Assembly: GCA_002269645.1 (NCBI GenBank)
Contig: NIVC01002767.1
Location: 78,205-142,204 of the forward strand
Direction of reading: 5' to 3'
DNA from: Macrostomum lignano
Lineage: Eukaryota
Length of the DNA stretch: 64,000 nucleotides
This document shows, one piece after another, positions 43,765 to 55,560 of the stretch. The position numbers were made by a program, and so were the translations under genes. The notes under the pieces are model-generated. The model was not told the origin of the DNA. It saw only the letters and a program-made list of their open reading frames with translations, and did no database searches. Numbering within the stretch: the stretch's first letter is position 1; every line of letters starts with the position of its first letter.

Positions 43765-44365
43765 GGCTCACTGTTACAGCCACCTCACCCCCATCTCTTC
43801 TGATTGGCTGGTCAGATTCACTGTTACAGCCACCTCACCCCTATCTCTTCTGATTGGCTGGTCAGGTTTACTGTTACAGCCACCTCATTTCTATCTCTTC
43901 TGATTGGCTGACAGGCCCACTGTACAGCCACCTCACTCCTATCTCTTCTGATTGGCTTGTCAGGTTTACTGTTACAGCCACCTCATTTTTTATCTCTTCT
44001 GATTGGCTGACAGGCCCACTGTACAGCCACCTCACCCCTCTCTTCTGATTGGCTGGTAGGCCCACTGTTACAGCCACCTCACTCCCATCTCTTCTAATTG
44101 GCTGGTCAGGTCCACTGTTACAGCCACCTCACCGGCCTCATCTCTTCTGATTGGCTGGCCAGACCCACTGTTACAGCCACCTCACTCCTATCTCTTCTGA
44201 TTGGCTAGCAGGCCCACTGTACAGCCACCTCACCCCTCTCTTCTGATTGGCTGGTAGGCCCACTGCTACAGCCACCTCATCCCCATCTCTTCTGATTGGC
44301 TGGCCAGGCCCACTCGAGCCACCTCTCTCCTCACCATCTAATTCCGCGGTCTCTGATTGGCTACC
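43765..44365. repeat. ~50-bp minisatellite, each unit carrying CTGATTGGCT
   Basis: ..ACAGCCACCTCAC..TCTCTTCTGATTGGCTGG.., about 12 units, directly 3' of the LZTR1 stop. Confidence 0.9.
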
Positions 44366-44378
44366 TGCCAATTGTGGA

Positions 44379-45201
44379 TCACTTCTCCAGCACAACAGCG
44401 CGCAGAATTTCAACAAGCAGCTGAGGCGGCAGGCGCAGGAGCGTAGCCGACTGCTCACCGTCCACAATGCGCCTAGCATTCTTAGCCACAATTCTTAGCG
44501 CGTGCGATTTAACGCCTTGAGATTTGATAACATCAGCGGCTTCGAGAATAGTGAGCACATTATCGGGCGAAATATTGACCTCGATATTCTGCTTGCAGTA
44601 GGCCTGCAGCCTGTCATTAGCGAAGTTGTAATAGTCGCAGGCGTTGGCAATGTACATGAGGTCGGCCGGCGGCATGCTCATATCGCCGCAGTAGATGTAG
44701 CGCAGCAGATTGCTGAAGGCCTGCTTGGTTGGCACGAATTTGCCGAAGCTCACCTCAACCACATCGTCCTTGGGTGGAAAGGAGCGAAACAGGGCTTCGA
44801 AGTAGCCACAGCGGGCGGCCAGAACGGCCCGATGGGCGGAGATTCGATGTTCGCCTAGCAACAGAGTCACGTCCGAATAGTCCGGCCCCACCGTGCTCAG
44901 AAAGATGGCCATATCTTTCTTTAAGCTGTTCGTGTGCTCGAGAATGTCGCGCTTGTGCGCGTCGATAATCCGATTAGCAGAGTTGGCCGCCGACACAGCG
45001 CCACTCGGCGAGGCGGCAAAACGTTCGCGACGCCGGACAACTTCCAGGATTAGCGGCTTGTCCAGCTCTTCGAACTCGCGGCTGTAAGGAGTTTTGGGGT
45101 TTGTTTATGCCAGGGCTGGTGCCTGTCCGCATCTGCTGTCTACGAGCGTAGTCTGTCTGTCTTAGTGTCTGTATGTCTGTCTGTCTGTCTTAGTGTCTGT
45201 A

Positions 45202-45234
<33 letters not shown>

Positions 45235-45285
45235 TAGTGTCTGTATGTCTGTCTGTCTGTCTGTCTGTCTTAGTGTCTGTATGTA

Positions 45286-45318
<33 letters not shown>

Positions 45319-45463
45319 TAGTGTCTGTATGTGTGTCTATCTGTCTGTATGTCTGTCTATCTGTCTGTCTGTCTGTCTTAGTGTCTGTCTGTTTGTCTGT
45401 CTTTATGTATGTCTGTCTATCTGTCTGTCTGTCTGTCTTAGTGTCTGTATGTATGTCTGTCTA

Positions 45464-45494
<31 letters not shown>

Positions 45495-45523
45495 TAGTGT
45501 CTGTATGTATGTATGTCTGTCTA

Positions 45524-45586
<63 letters not shown>

Positions 45587-45713
45587 GTCTTAGTGTCTGT
45601 ATGTATGTCTGTCTATCTGTCTGTCTGTCTTTCTGTCTGTCATAGTGTCTGTATGTATGTATGTCTGTCTATCTGTCTGTATGTCTGTCTATCTGTCTGT
45701 CTGTCTGTCTTAG

Positions 45714-45750
<37 letters not shown>

Positions 45751-45799
45751 TTATGTATGTCTGTCTATCTGTCTTAGTGTCTGTATGTATGTCTGTCTA

Positions 45800-45865
<66 letters not shown>

Positions 45866-48800
45866 GGCCCGTCTGCCTGTCTGTCTATCTGTCTGCCTGC
45901 CTGCCTGTCTGACACAATCATGAAGTGAACAGTGACACAATATTGTAGACAACAGGCGATGTCTTCCTGTCTGTCTGTCTATCTGCCCGTTCGTCTGTCT
46001 ATCCATTAATTTTAAAAAGCAAGCCACTGCACCCCGAGCAACTAACCTGTGTATAACAGATTTATAGACGGAATCCTTGGTCATAAAGTTCAAGCAGTAC
46101 TCTTTAACGGGCACTTGGCCCAATTCGCTAGCCCGCTCGTAGGTCACAACAACATTGCGATCGTTGATGCAGGACTCCAGATACTGCGTGACAACGTGCT
46201 GCAGCCTGGACATCTGGAACTGCAGGGCCAGCTGGTAGACCTGCATCATCAGCAGGATAGTGGCCGTGTTCTGCATGTCCTCGGCATTCTCGACCGGCTG
46301 CAGCTGGTCGGTGTACACAAAGGACAGAATCAGGCGGAAGGCGGTGGGATCGGTCTCGGGCAGACGGACACGCAGAGGACCGGACTGCGGCTGCTGGCCG
46401 GCCGCCTGCTGAGCCGCCGCCTGACGGGCCTCGCGAATTCGATTGATGAGAAAGCAGGACCTGCGGGCAGGGGTGGGTCAGTTTCTTAGAACCCCATTGG
46501 CATACTGTTAAGTCCCATGTTTCTAAGAATCTTATTGCCTAATCCCATATTTCTAAGAATCTTATTGCCTAATCCCATATTTCTAAGAATCTTATTGCCT
46601 AATCCCATATTTCTAAGAATCTTATTGTTTAATTCCATATTTCTAAGAATCTTATTGTCTTAATCCCATATTTCTAAGAATCTTATTGTCTTAATCCCAT
46701 ATTTCTAAGAATCTTATTGCCTAATCCCATATTTCTAAGAATCTTATTGCCTAATCCCATATTTCTAAGAATCTTATTGCCTAATCCCATATTTCTAAGA
46801 ATCTTATTGCCTAATTCCCATATTTCTAAGAATCTTATTGCCTAATCCCATATTTCTAAGAATCTTATTGCCTAATTCCCATGTTTCTAAGAATCTTATT
46901 GTTTAATTCCATATTTCTAAGAATCTTATTGCCTAATTCCCATGTTTCTAAGAATCTTATTGTTTAATTCCATATTTCTAAGAATCTTATTGCCTAATTC
47001 CCATGTTTCTAAGAATCTTATTGTTTAATTCCATATTTCTAAGAATCTTATTGCCTAATCCCATATTTCTAAGAATCTTATTGCCTAATTCCTATGTTTC
47101 TAAGAATCTTTTAGCAATACAATTTTGACTTTTAAAATTTCATAAATATGCCCTTATAGAACCCTATTGACAAATCCGATATATCCAAGAATTTTATTAC
47201 ACAATCTAAATATTTCGGCCACATTCCATTAGAAACCCTCTTCCCTACCAGCTCAAAATCTAAAAAATATAAGCATTCCCCAGACCAATAAGATACAATA
47301 AAACTCAAGCCGCACCTGGCAGCCAGGAAGCACTGGTGCGCCATGATCGACTGCTTATCAGGGCCAACAAGGAACTCAACATCGCACAGCATGTTACTCT
47401 GCAACAGTCTGCCAAAATCGTCCTGCAGCGTGCAGCGGGGATAGCTGGACAGCTGGATTCTGTACATGTCGCCGCTGAATAGGTTCTTTTCAACATTGCC
47501 GCCGAATATGTACATGCTGGAGTCCACCAGCACTGCGCTGTGGTACAGCCGGCCGTCTGGTACGCGACTGCCTGCAGTTGCAGTGGATGGATTTAACAGC
47601 TTTCAGATCACTCTGATAGTTCTTATAGCCTGTCTTCTTCACCATCCAGTTCTCTTCTTCCCCCTCTAGTTCTTTTTCTTTACCCTCGAGTTCTCTTCTT
47701 TACCCTCCAGTTCTCTTCTTTACCCTCCAGTTCTCTTCTTTACCCTCCAGCTCTTTTCTTTACCCTCCAGCTCTCTTCTTTACCCTCCAGTTCTCTTCTT
47801 TACCCTCCAGTTCTCTTCTTTACCCTCGAGTTCTCTTCTTTACCCTCCAGTTCTCTTCTTTACCCTCCAGTTCTCTTCTTTACCCTCCAGCTCTTTTCTT
47901 TACCCTCCAGCTCTCTTCTTTACCCTCCAGTTCTCTTCTTTACCCTCTAGTTCTCTTCTTCACCATCCAGTTCTCTTCTTTACCCTCTAGTTCTCTTCTT
48001 CACCCTCCAGTTCTCTTCTTCACCCTCCAGTTCTCTTCTTCACCCTCTAGTTCTCTTCTTTACCCTCCAGTTTAACCCCGCAATGGGCCAAAATGGGCCA
48101 ATCCCAAAAAGCAACGAACCAGCGGCGGGCTCCACAGTGGACCAGGTTTTATCATCCAGATCGTAGCTAAACAGCTGGTTCATAACGGACGAGCCGGTCA
48201 CGCCGCCGAACACAAACAGGTGCCGGCCGTAGCTCAGCATAGAGTGGCCGAACACTTTCTCCGGCGCGGGGGCTACGCAGCCCAGCACGTTGTCGCGATT
48301 GATAACCGACCAGTGGCTGCTGGAGAAGTCGTATTGGTAAAGCTTGTTAGAGGACTTGCTGCCGCTCTCGCCGCTAAATACGAACAGAGTGTCCCTGCAG
48401 ACCTGCGGGTTTTTTAGGGCGTTTAATACGAGACTATTTATAGTAAGCTGGAAGGCGGATGTGCAGATTAAATAAACTTTATATAGTACAAGAGATAATA
48501 AATGTGAGCCTGCCAGTTATAAAATATTTCACAACAAAGATTCGGACATATATTCAGGCACTGGATGAGACACTGCGACTGTCGCTGTGACATGTGACAA
48601 TATGAGGCACTGGCTGTGACTACAATATGAGGTACTGACTGTGACTACAATATGCGGCACTGACTGTGACTACAATATGCGGTACTGACTGTGACTACAA
48701 TATGCGGTACTGACTGTGACTACAATATGCGGCACTGACTGTGACTACAATATGCGGCACTGACTGTGACTACAATATGCGGTACTGACTGTGACTACAA

Positions 48801-51083
48801 TATGCGGTACTGACTGTGACTACAATATGAGGCACTGACTGTGACTACAATATGAGGTACTGACTGTGACTACAATATGCGGCACTGACTGTGACTACAA
48901 TATGCGGCACTGACTGTGACTACAATATGCGGTACTGACTGTGACTACAATATGCGGCACTGACTGTGACTACAATATGAGGTACTGACTATGACTACAA
49001 TATGCGGCACTGACTGTGACTACAATATGCGGCACTGACTGTGACTACAATATGCGGTACTGACTGTGACTACAATATGCGGCACTGGCTGTGACTACAA
49101 TATGCGGTACTGACTGTGACTACAATATGCGGCACTGGCTGTGACTACAATATGAGGCACTGGCTATGACTAAAATGAGGCACTGGCTGTGACTGCAATA
49201 TGCGGCACTGGCTATGACTACAATATGCGGTACTGACTGTGACTACAATATGCGGCACTGGCTGTGACTACAATATGCGGTACTGACTGTGACTACAATA
49301 TGCGGCACTGGCTGTGACAACAATATGAGGCACTGGCTATGACTAAAATGAGGCACTGGCTGTGACTGCAATATGCGGCACTGGCTATGACTACAATATG
49401 CGGTACTGACTGTGACTACAATATGCGGTACTGACTGTGACTACAATATGCGGTACTGACTGTGACTACAATATGCGGCACTGACTGTGACTACAATATG
49501 CGGCACTGACTATGACTACAATATGCGGCACTGACTGTGACTACAATATGCGGCACTGGCTGTGACAACAATATGAGGCACTGGCTATGACTAAAATGAG
49601 GCACTGGCTGTGACTGCAATATGAGGCACTGGCTATGACTAAAATGAGGCACTGGCTGTGACTGCAATATGCGGCACTGGCTGTGACTGCAATATGCGGC
49701 ACTGGCTATGACACAAAATGCTTCTCTCAAACCCACCGTCAGCGAGAAGTTGCACAGAGGCGGCGGCTGGGCGCCCATCTGCTGGGCCTCCTCCCAGAAA
49801 TGAACGGCCATGGGGGAGGCTCCGTAGCTGGACGGCACGGGCGTGTTCCACAGGTCGTTGAGCCGCCTGTTGCCGTCGTATCCGGCGTAGATCCACATCC
49901 TGCCGTTGTAGACAAAAGCGCAATGGGCGGTGCGCGGCACGGGCTTTGCAGACTTGGCGTCGAATTTCCACTCGGCCCAGTAGCGCGAGCCGAACCGGTA
50001 CTCGAACAGGTCGTTTTTGTTCTCTTCGCCTGTGTAGCCACCGAATATCAGCATGGAGTCGTCGGCGACCACCGCCGAGTGAGTGTAGCGGGGCGCCGGC
50101 GGGGTGCCGTTCACTGGCAGCACCTGCGTCCACGTGCGGGCTTCGATGTCGTATCTGACGGGGTGGAGGCGCGGTTAGCGAGAAATGGATTTAGTGAGAG
50201 ATTCAGGGCTGAGATCCAGAGAGATTTAGGGCTGAGATGCACAGATATTTAGGGTTGAGATTCATAGAAATTCAGGGTTAGACACCAGTCTAGAGACTCA
50301 GGGTTAGACACCAGTCTAGAGATTCAGGGTTAGACACCAGTCTAGAGACTCAGGGTGAGACACCAGTCTAGAGACTTAGGGTTAGACACCAGTCTAGAGA
50401 CTCAGGGTTAGACACCAGTCTAGAGACTCAGGGTGAGACACCAGTCTAGAGACTTAGGGTTAGACACCAGTCTAGAGACTCAGGGTTAGACACCAGTCTA
50501 GAGACTCAGGGTTAGACACCAGTCTAGAGACTCAGGGTTGGACACCAGTCTAGAGACTCAGGGTTAGACACCAGTCTAGAGACTCAGGGTTAGACACTAG
50601 TCTAGAGACTCAGGGTTAGACACCAGTCTAGAGACTCAGGGTTAGACACTAGTCTAGAGACTCAGGGTTAGACACCAGTCTAGAGACTCAGGGTTAGTGA
50701 TGGACACTTCACCTGAGCACGTCATTCAACGTAGCGCGGCCATTGTCGCCACCGAAAGCGTACAGGAAGTATCTGCCAGCCTCGATATGCGCCACCATGG
50801 TGTGCTTGCTTCGCTTGAAGTCCTCCCAGCTGCCCACCAGGCTCCAGTAGTGAACGGTGTCGGCCGGGTCGCCTTCGAATCGATGAGCAGCGGAGCCGCC
50901 GGCCGAGGACAGCGACAGGACGGAGGCGGCCGCGGCCGCTGCCCCGGTCGGGTCGGCCACGTAGCGGCTGGCGTGCGGAGCCGCGGCGGCGGCAGCAGCG
51001 GCCGAAGCCGAAGCTTGAGACTGATTGCGCAACTGGAAATTGCGAATGAGTAGCTTCTTTAAGCCAACTGTCCTGGTTGGCAT
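44379..51083 (-). CDS. LZTR1: Kelch-BTB-BACK-BTB protein LZTR1, 6 exons, ~800-814 aa
   Basis: Exons 51083(or 51032)-50713, 50154-49737, 48402-48120, 47571-47316, 46460-46047, 45081-44379 are phase-consistent. DTVHYW..RSKHTMVA..LYAFGGDNGRATLNDVLR, PAPRYTHSAVV..MLIFGGYTG..NKNDLFEY, CTLQDDFGRLLQSNMLCDVEFLVG, REFEELDKPLILEVVRRR and YSDVTLLLGEHRISAHRAVLAARCGYFEALFRSF match LZTR1. Confidence 0.95.
45150..45905. repeat. (TCTG)n compound microsatellite in LZTR1 intron 5
   Basis: Seen directly. Confidence 0.95.
46505..47105. repeat. ~30-bp minisatellite (CCCATATTTCTAAGAATCTTATTGCCTAAT)n in LZTR1 intron 4
   Basis: Tandem units. Confidence 0.93.
47640..48070. repeat. 20-bp minisatellite (TACCCTCCAGTTCTCTTCTT)n in LZTR1 intron 3
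   Basis: Tandem units. Confidence 0.95.
48600..49710. repeat. 25-bp minisatellite (ACTGACTGTGACTACAATATGCGGC)n in LZTR1 intron 2
   Basis: About 44 units. Confidence 0.95.
50275..50697. repeat. 26-bp minisatellite (CAGGGTTAGACACCAGTCTAGAGACT)n in LZTR1 intron 1
   Basis: About 16 units. Confidence 0.95.
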
Positions 51084-51679
51084 AGCAACGGGAGGGAGTC
51101 AGACTAGGGCTCCAGAGCTAATCAAGCGCGTCATAATTTGTAATTTCTTATCCGATTTGGGGAGGCGGGGATCTATTCCTCATACTGCTATACGCGTACT
51201 TGGCTTCATTTTTCCGCTCAGCCCCCTCTACCAGCCAAAGTGCATTCTGGGAGTGAGTGTTGAAGTGCCCCAATTTTGAGTCATTTCCTATTGAGAACGG
51301 GGCCAACCAGATCGATAGCTTATTGGAGCTAGGAACAAAAACTACAATTCTAAAATATCGACAAGCGGATTTGGGATAATTTTCACATCTATAAATAATA
51401 ATTCCCCCTATATTGTTTTGAGTTGCTAGGAACAAACTCTGCACAGGGGCGCTCTGTGAGAAACAAGAAATAATTATAGGAAAACAAGTGCGCAGCTTTG
51501 AAGTGGTTTTTAATAGATTACTGCAGCTTTTTATTAGCAAAAGATTGTTTCGCTTTAAATACAAATATCGACTTAATATTACAAGTAAAAATTACTATGT
51601 GAGAATATTGAAGCCAAAGCTGGTCATTTTCAAACCCAACTCTAAAATCTAACCCCTGAGTTTTCATCTCACCCCTAGA

Positions 51680-52378
51680 ATCCCCAAATCGCAAAACCTG
51701 ACACCTAGAATTCCCCAAATCGTAAAACCTGACACCTAGAATTCCCCAAATCGCAAAACCTGACACCTAGAATTCCCCAAATCGTAAAACCTGACACCTA
51801 TAATTCCCCAAATCGTAAAACCTGACACCTATAATTCCCCAAATCGTAAAACCGGACACCTAGAATTCCCCAAATCGTAAAATCTGACACCTATAATTCC
51901 CCAAATCGTAAAATCTGACACCTATAATTCCCCAAATCGCAAAACCGGACACCTAGAATTCCCCAAATCGTAAAACCGGACACCTAGAATTCCCCAAATC
52001 GTAAAATCTGACACCTAGAATTCCCCAAATCGTAAAATCTGACACCTATAATTCCCCAAATCGCAAAACCGGACACCTAGAATTCCCCAAATCGTAAAAT
52101 CTGACACCTATAATTCCCTAAATCGCAAAACCTGACACCTAGAATTCCCAAAATCGCAAAACCTGACACCTATAATTCCCCAAATCGCAAAACCGGACAC
52201 CTAGAATTCCCCAAATCGTAAAATCTGACACCTATAATTCCCCAAATCGCAAAACCGGACACCTAGAATTCCCCAAATCGTAAAATCTGACACCTATAAT
52301 TCCCCAAATCGCAAAACCGGACACCTAGAATTCCCCAAATCGCAAAAACCTGACACCTAGAATTCCCCAAATCGCAAA
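51680..52378. repeat. ~31-bp minisatellite (CACCTAGAATTCCCCAAATCGTAAAACCTGA)n in the PSME3IP1-LZTR1 spacer
   Basis: About 22 units. Confidence 0.93.
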
Positions 52379-52561
52379 ATCTCATTTCTAGAACTAATCA
52401 AATTCCCAAAATTTTTTTTAGTTCGGGATCACTACTTTACAAGAGATTTTGACCCGTAAACAACATGTTTCATTAACAAATTCAAAGGCCAACCAAGAAT
52501 GTCAGGTACTTAAATCTGAAAAATGCATAATTGTTAAAAACACGAAAAAGGCAGGCCAAAC

Positions 52562-53802
52562 TCAAGACGCTGATGCCTCATCAGCCTCTGAGTCTGAGTC
52601 AGTCGCGTAGGCGGCTAAAAGCGACACCGCGGCATCCTTTGCCTCAGGTTTCGCTTCTGTCTTTGAATCGGCGACCGACTTTGCCGGAGGCTGAGACTGA
52701 GACGATGCCTCATCATTGCCGCCAGCTGAGTCAGTGTGCAATTTTCGTTTCACGGCAACAGCCCGGCCCAGCAGACTGCGCTGGGCGCTGGTCTTTTTGG
52801 GACCGGCGCCAGACGAGTTGGAGACGCTGATCGACACAGTCACAGGCGCGGCGGTGACGTCTCCAGCGCTCGGATCTGCCGCGGGCTTGCGGCCCTGCAC
52901 CGCACGGTTGTAGGCCTCGATGAGGGCGCGGTCCTCGGCGCGGCGTTGGCGCTCCTCTTCGGCTTGGCGCTTGGCCAGGTCGGACAGAAACTGAGCCTCG
53001 TCCTCCGTGATGCGGGACACCTGCCGGCGGCGGGGTGATTGGTCCACTTTGGGAACTGGAATAATTACATTAATCTACAGTACTGACTACTCAAGTAGTG
53101 TTTGGAGGTGTCCTGAGAGAGGAGCGCGTCCAAGGAAAGGCGTGTCCAGAGAAGATTTCTAGGCAAAGGATATACTGGTAAAAAACTGTCCATTGCGTCC
53201 TGGGAAAGGCTATCTAGGGTGTCCTGGGAAAGGGTCCATGGTGTCTTCGCAAAGGGTCTATGGTGTCCTGAGAAAAGCTGTCCAGGGTGTCTTAGTAAAG
53301 CTGTCCAAAGTGTCCTGGGAAGGGTCCATAGTGTCCTGGAAAATGGTGTCCAGGGTGTCTTAGGAAAGGCTGTCCAGAGTGTCCTGGAAAAGGCTGTCCA
53401 GGGTGTCCTGGGTGTCCTTGGATGGAAAGGGTACATGGTGTCCTGGAAAAGGCTGTTCTGAGGAGGCGATCCAAGGCTGCCGAGTAAAGGGTGCCCAGAC
53501 AAAGAGGACGCCCTCCATACGAAATGGAATTACAATAGGGAATTGTTAAGTTAGCTTTTTGATACTGGTAGCCAGTTTAGTAAGTAGTATAAAGCGGCTT
53601 TTATTATCTCAGAAACCTGATTTCGTAACGCGTGCTGCTCCTCATATTCTGCTTGCTTTTTGTCTTTCTGCTCCTGCAGACGCTCATAGAGGGAGCGCGG
53701 GTCGTATGGCTCCTGCTCTTCATCGCCCTGGCCGCCTCGTTCCAGTTTCCGCTGCTGGGCAATGTCAGCCAACTGCTTCTCCGATATGAACCGGCGCTCC
53801 AT
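52562..53802 (-). CDS. PSME3IP1: PSME3-interacting protein (FAM192A/NIP30), 2 exons, ~214 aa
   Basis: Exons 53802-53617 and 53020-52562. RRFISE...[44 protein letters not shown] is the NIP30 domain; C-terminal LLAAYATDSDSE. The ATG directly follows acceptor aaagtcag|. Confidence 0.92.
53170..53460. repeat. Degenerate repeat (GTGTCCTGGAAAAGGCTGTCCAGG) in the PSME3IP1 intron
   Basis: Imperfect tandem units. Confidence 0.75.
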
Positions 53803-55459
53803 CTGACTTTGTATTTAGATTTTAATAAATATCTGAAGAAAATTAGCAAATGAACTGAATGACACTACTAACAGCAGGAAAATTCGAATAGAATAATTTT
53901 TTATCTATATGCTTCTGATTTAAATTGTACGCTCGTATATATTGATGCATATTTAATTATATTATATTGAAGTCAAGTGTCCTAGCTATAATCAAAAGTA
54001 AAAAAACATTAAAAAGTACATACTAGCGCATTAAGCCCCCCCCCCCGGGGGCATTCGAATTCAAAATCCAAACTTGGAAGGCATGAAAATTTCTTTTTTG
54101 AACATTTGACCCTCTTCTAAATCTATTTTTTATTGTTTGAAGTTTTTTATATACTCAGCAACATTGAAAAGTTGCCACTCTATGCCCCAGTGAGCAATTT
54201 CTCATGGACTATTCTGAAATAAAATATACAAGAAAACTGATTGGGTAGCTTTAATCCATCGGCCAACAAAACCCTCGCACACTGCACCCCCCATCACTTC
54301 ATTCCTCAACTCAAGCCTGCCACAGAATAGCAAGTTGCTTCACTCCCAAAGATGGAGAAGCTTACCTGCACTCTAAAAAGTGGCAACCACAGACTTTTTG
54401 ATGTTGCACACTATGACACTCAGCCCCCAGTGGTTGGCATTCAAATAAAAAATTCAAACATCAAAAACATTAAAAACATTGTTTTTCGAATATTTGACTT
54501 ACTAACAATTGATAGACATTTTATACCAATTTGCCAAATGAATTTGCATCAATTGGGCTCATTAGCTATTGACCCCCCCCCTCTGCAACTACGCCACCTA
54601 GTGTTGTATTCATAAAATAAGACAAACAAGATCAGAGCAGTTTAGGGGGTTGATAAATTTTAGGCCAGCTGTTTAACCCCCCCCCCATGCACCCACTCTC
54701 TATCATCAACAATAATAAACTTTAACCAACCCTACAAATTGCGAGCCCACTGTGCAAAGGGTCATAAAACTCATTTAGCTCAATTGTGGTAAATGTATAT
54801 CTTAGACTGTATATTGGCCAAGGAGAGGCCTAAATGGTTGAACTGAGCAAATAAATTTAAAAACAGAATGCCTATTGAAAGCATTAAAAAATCATTTTTT
54901 GAATATTTGACCCACTTTCCATTTTAATTTTTTATCAAAAAAAGTTATGCACGATCCTAAAAATGTCAATTTTTTTAAAGCAAATTTGAAAAAAAAATTG
55001 GCCAGATGGTTTTCAAAAAGATCAATGACAGACAGATAGACAGACAGACAACAGATAGACAAATAGTGCAAAATTAGTATATAGAAGCTAGCTCATAATA
55101 AAGCTCTTAAAAACTAACTACATGCTTGAATATTCTGACATGCATAAAATTCATGCATATACTTTGGTAGTTTCGTATATATTATGACTGGCCATTGCCA
55201 TAAGAAAGTTATATTGCCTTTTGACATTTACTTTTGACTTAATGAACATAAAAATGTACAGAGTCCTAACAAAACAAAAGTATTAATTCTTTAATTTGAA
55301 TTTTTACTTATATTAGAACTTGATGTGGCATTATTAATTTTCATATAGGGAATTAGGCACTTGCTTTGAAAATCAGAACCAATAGAATCTAAACTAAAAT
55401 GGAATAAATAATAAGCAACTGTTTTTCTAAAAAGCATTTTGCTGAAACAGACTTTTCTA

Positions 55460-55560
55460 TTAGTGTTATAACATGATAAGGGCAATGGATTTGTTATCTT
55501 AAACATTGAAGATTACAACAAAAAATAAAAAACATTCTGGCTGACAAAATCAAGTTGTCT
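55460..55560 (+). mobile_element. Decayed Penelope-like retroelement RT N-terminal fragment
   Basis: Conceptual translation ..DKGNGFVILNIEDYNKK*..NILADK resembles the PLE motif (K.ADKGN..VIL...DY..KM..IL.D); contains a stop and frameshifts. Confidence 0.6.

Noticed and set aside
50275-50697. Interstitial telomere (TTAGGG-like)
   Set aside because: AGGGTTAG occurs once per 26-bp unit, not as tandem TTAGGG.
54040-55090. Possible Helitron/DINE-like remnant ending in a GACA tract and TTAGTATATAGA
   Set aside because: Only weak compositional resemblance; no hairpin or CTAG terminus could be defined.
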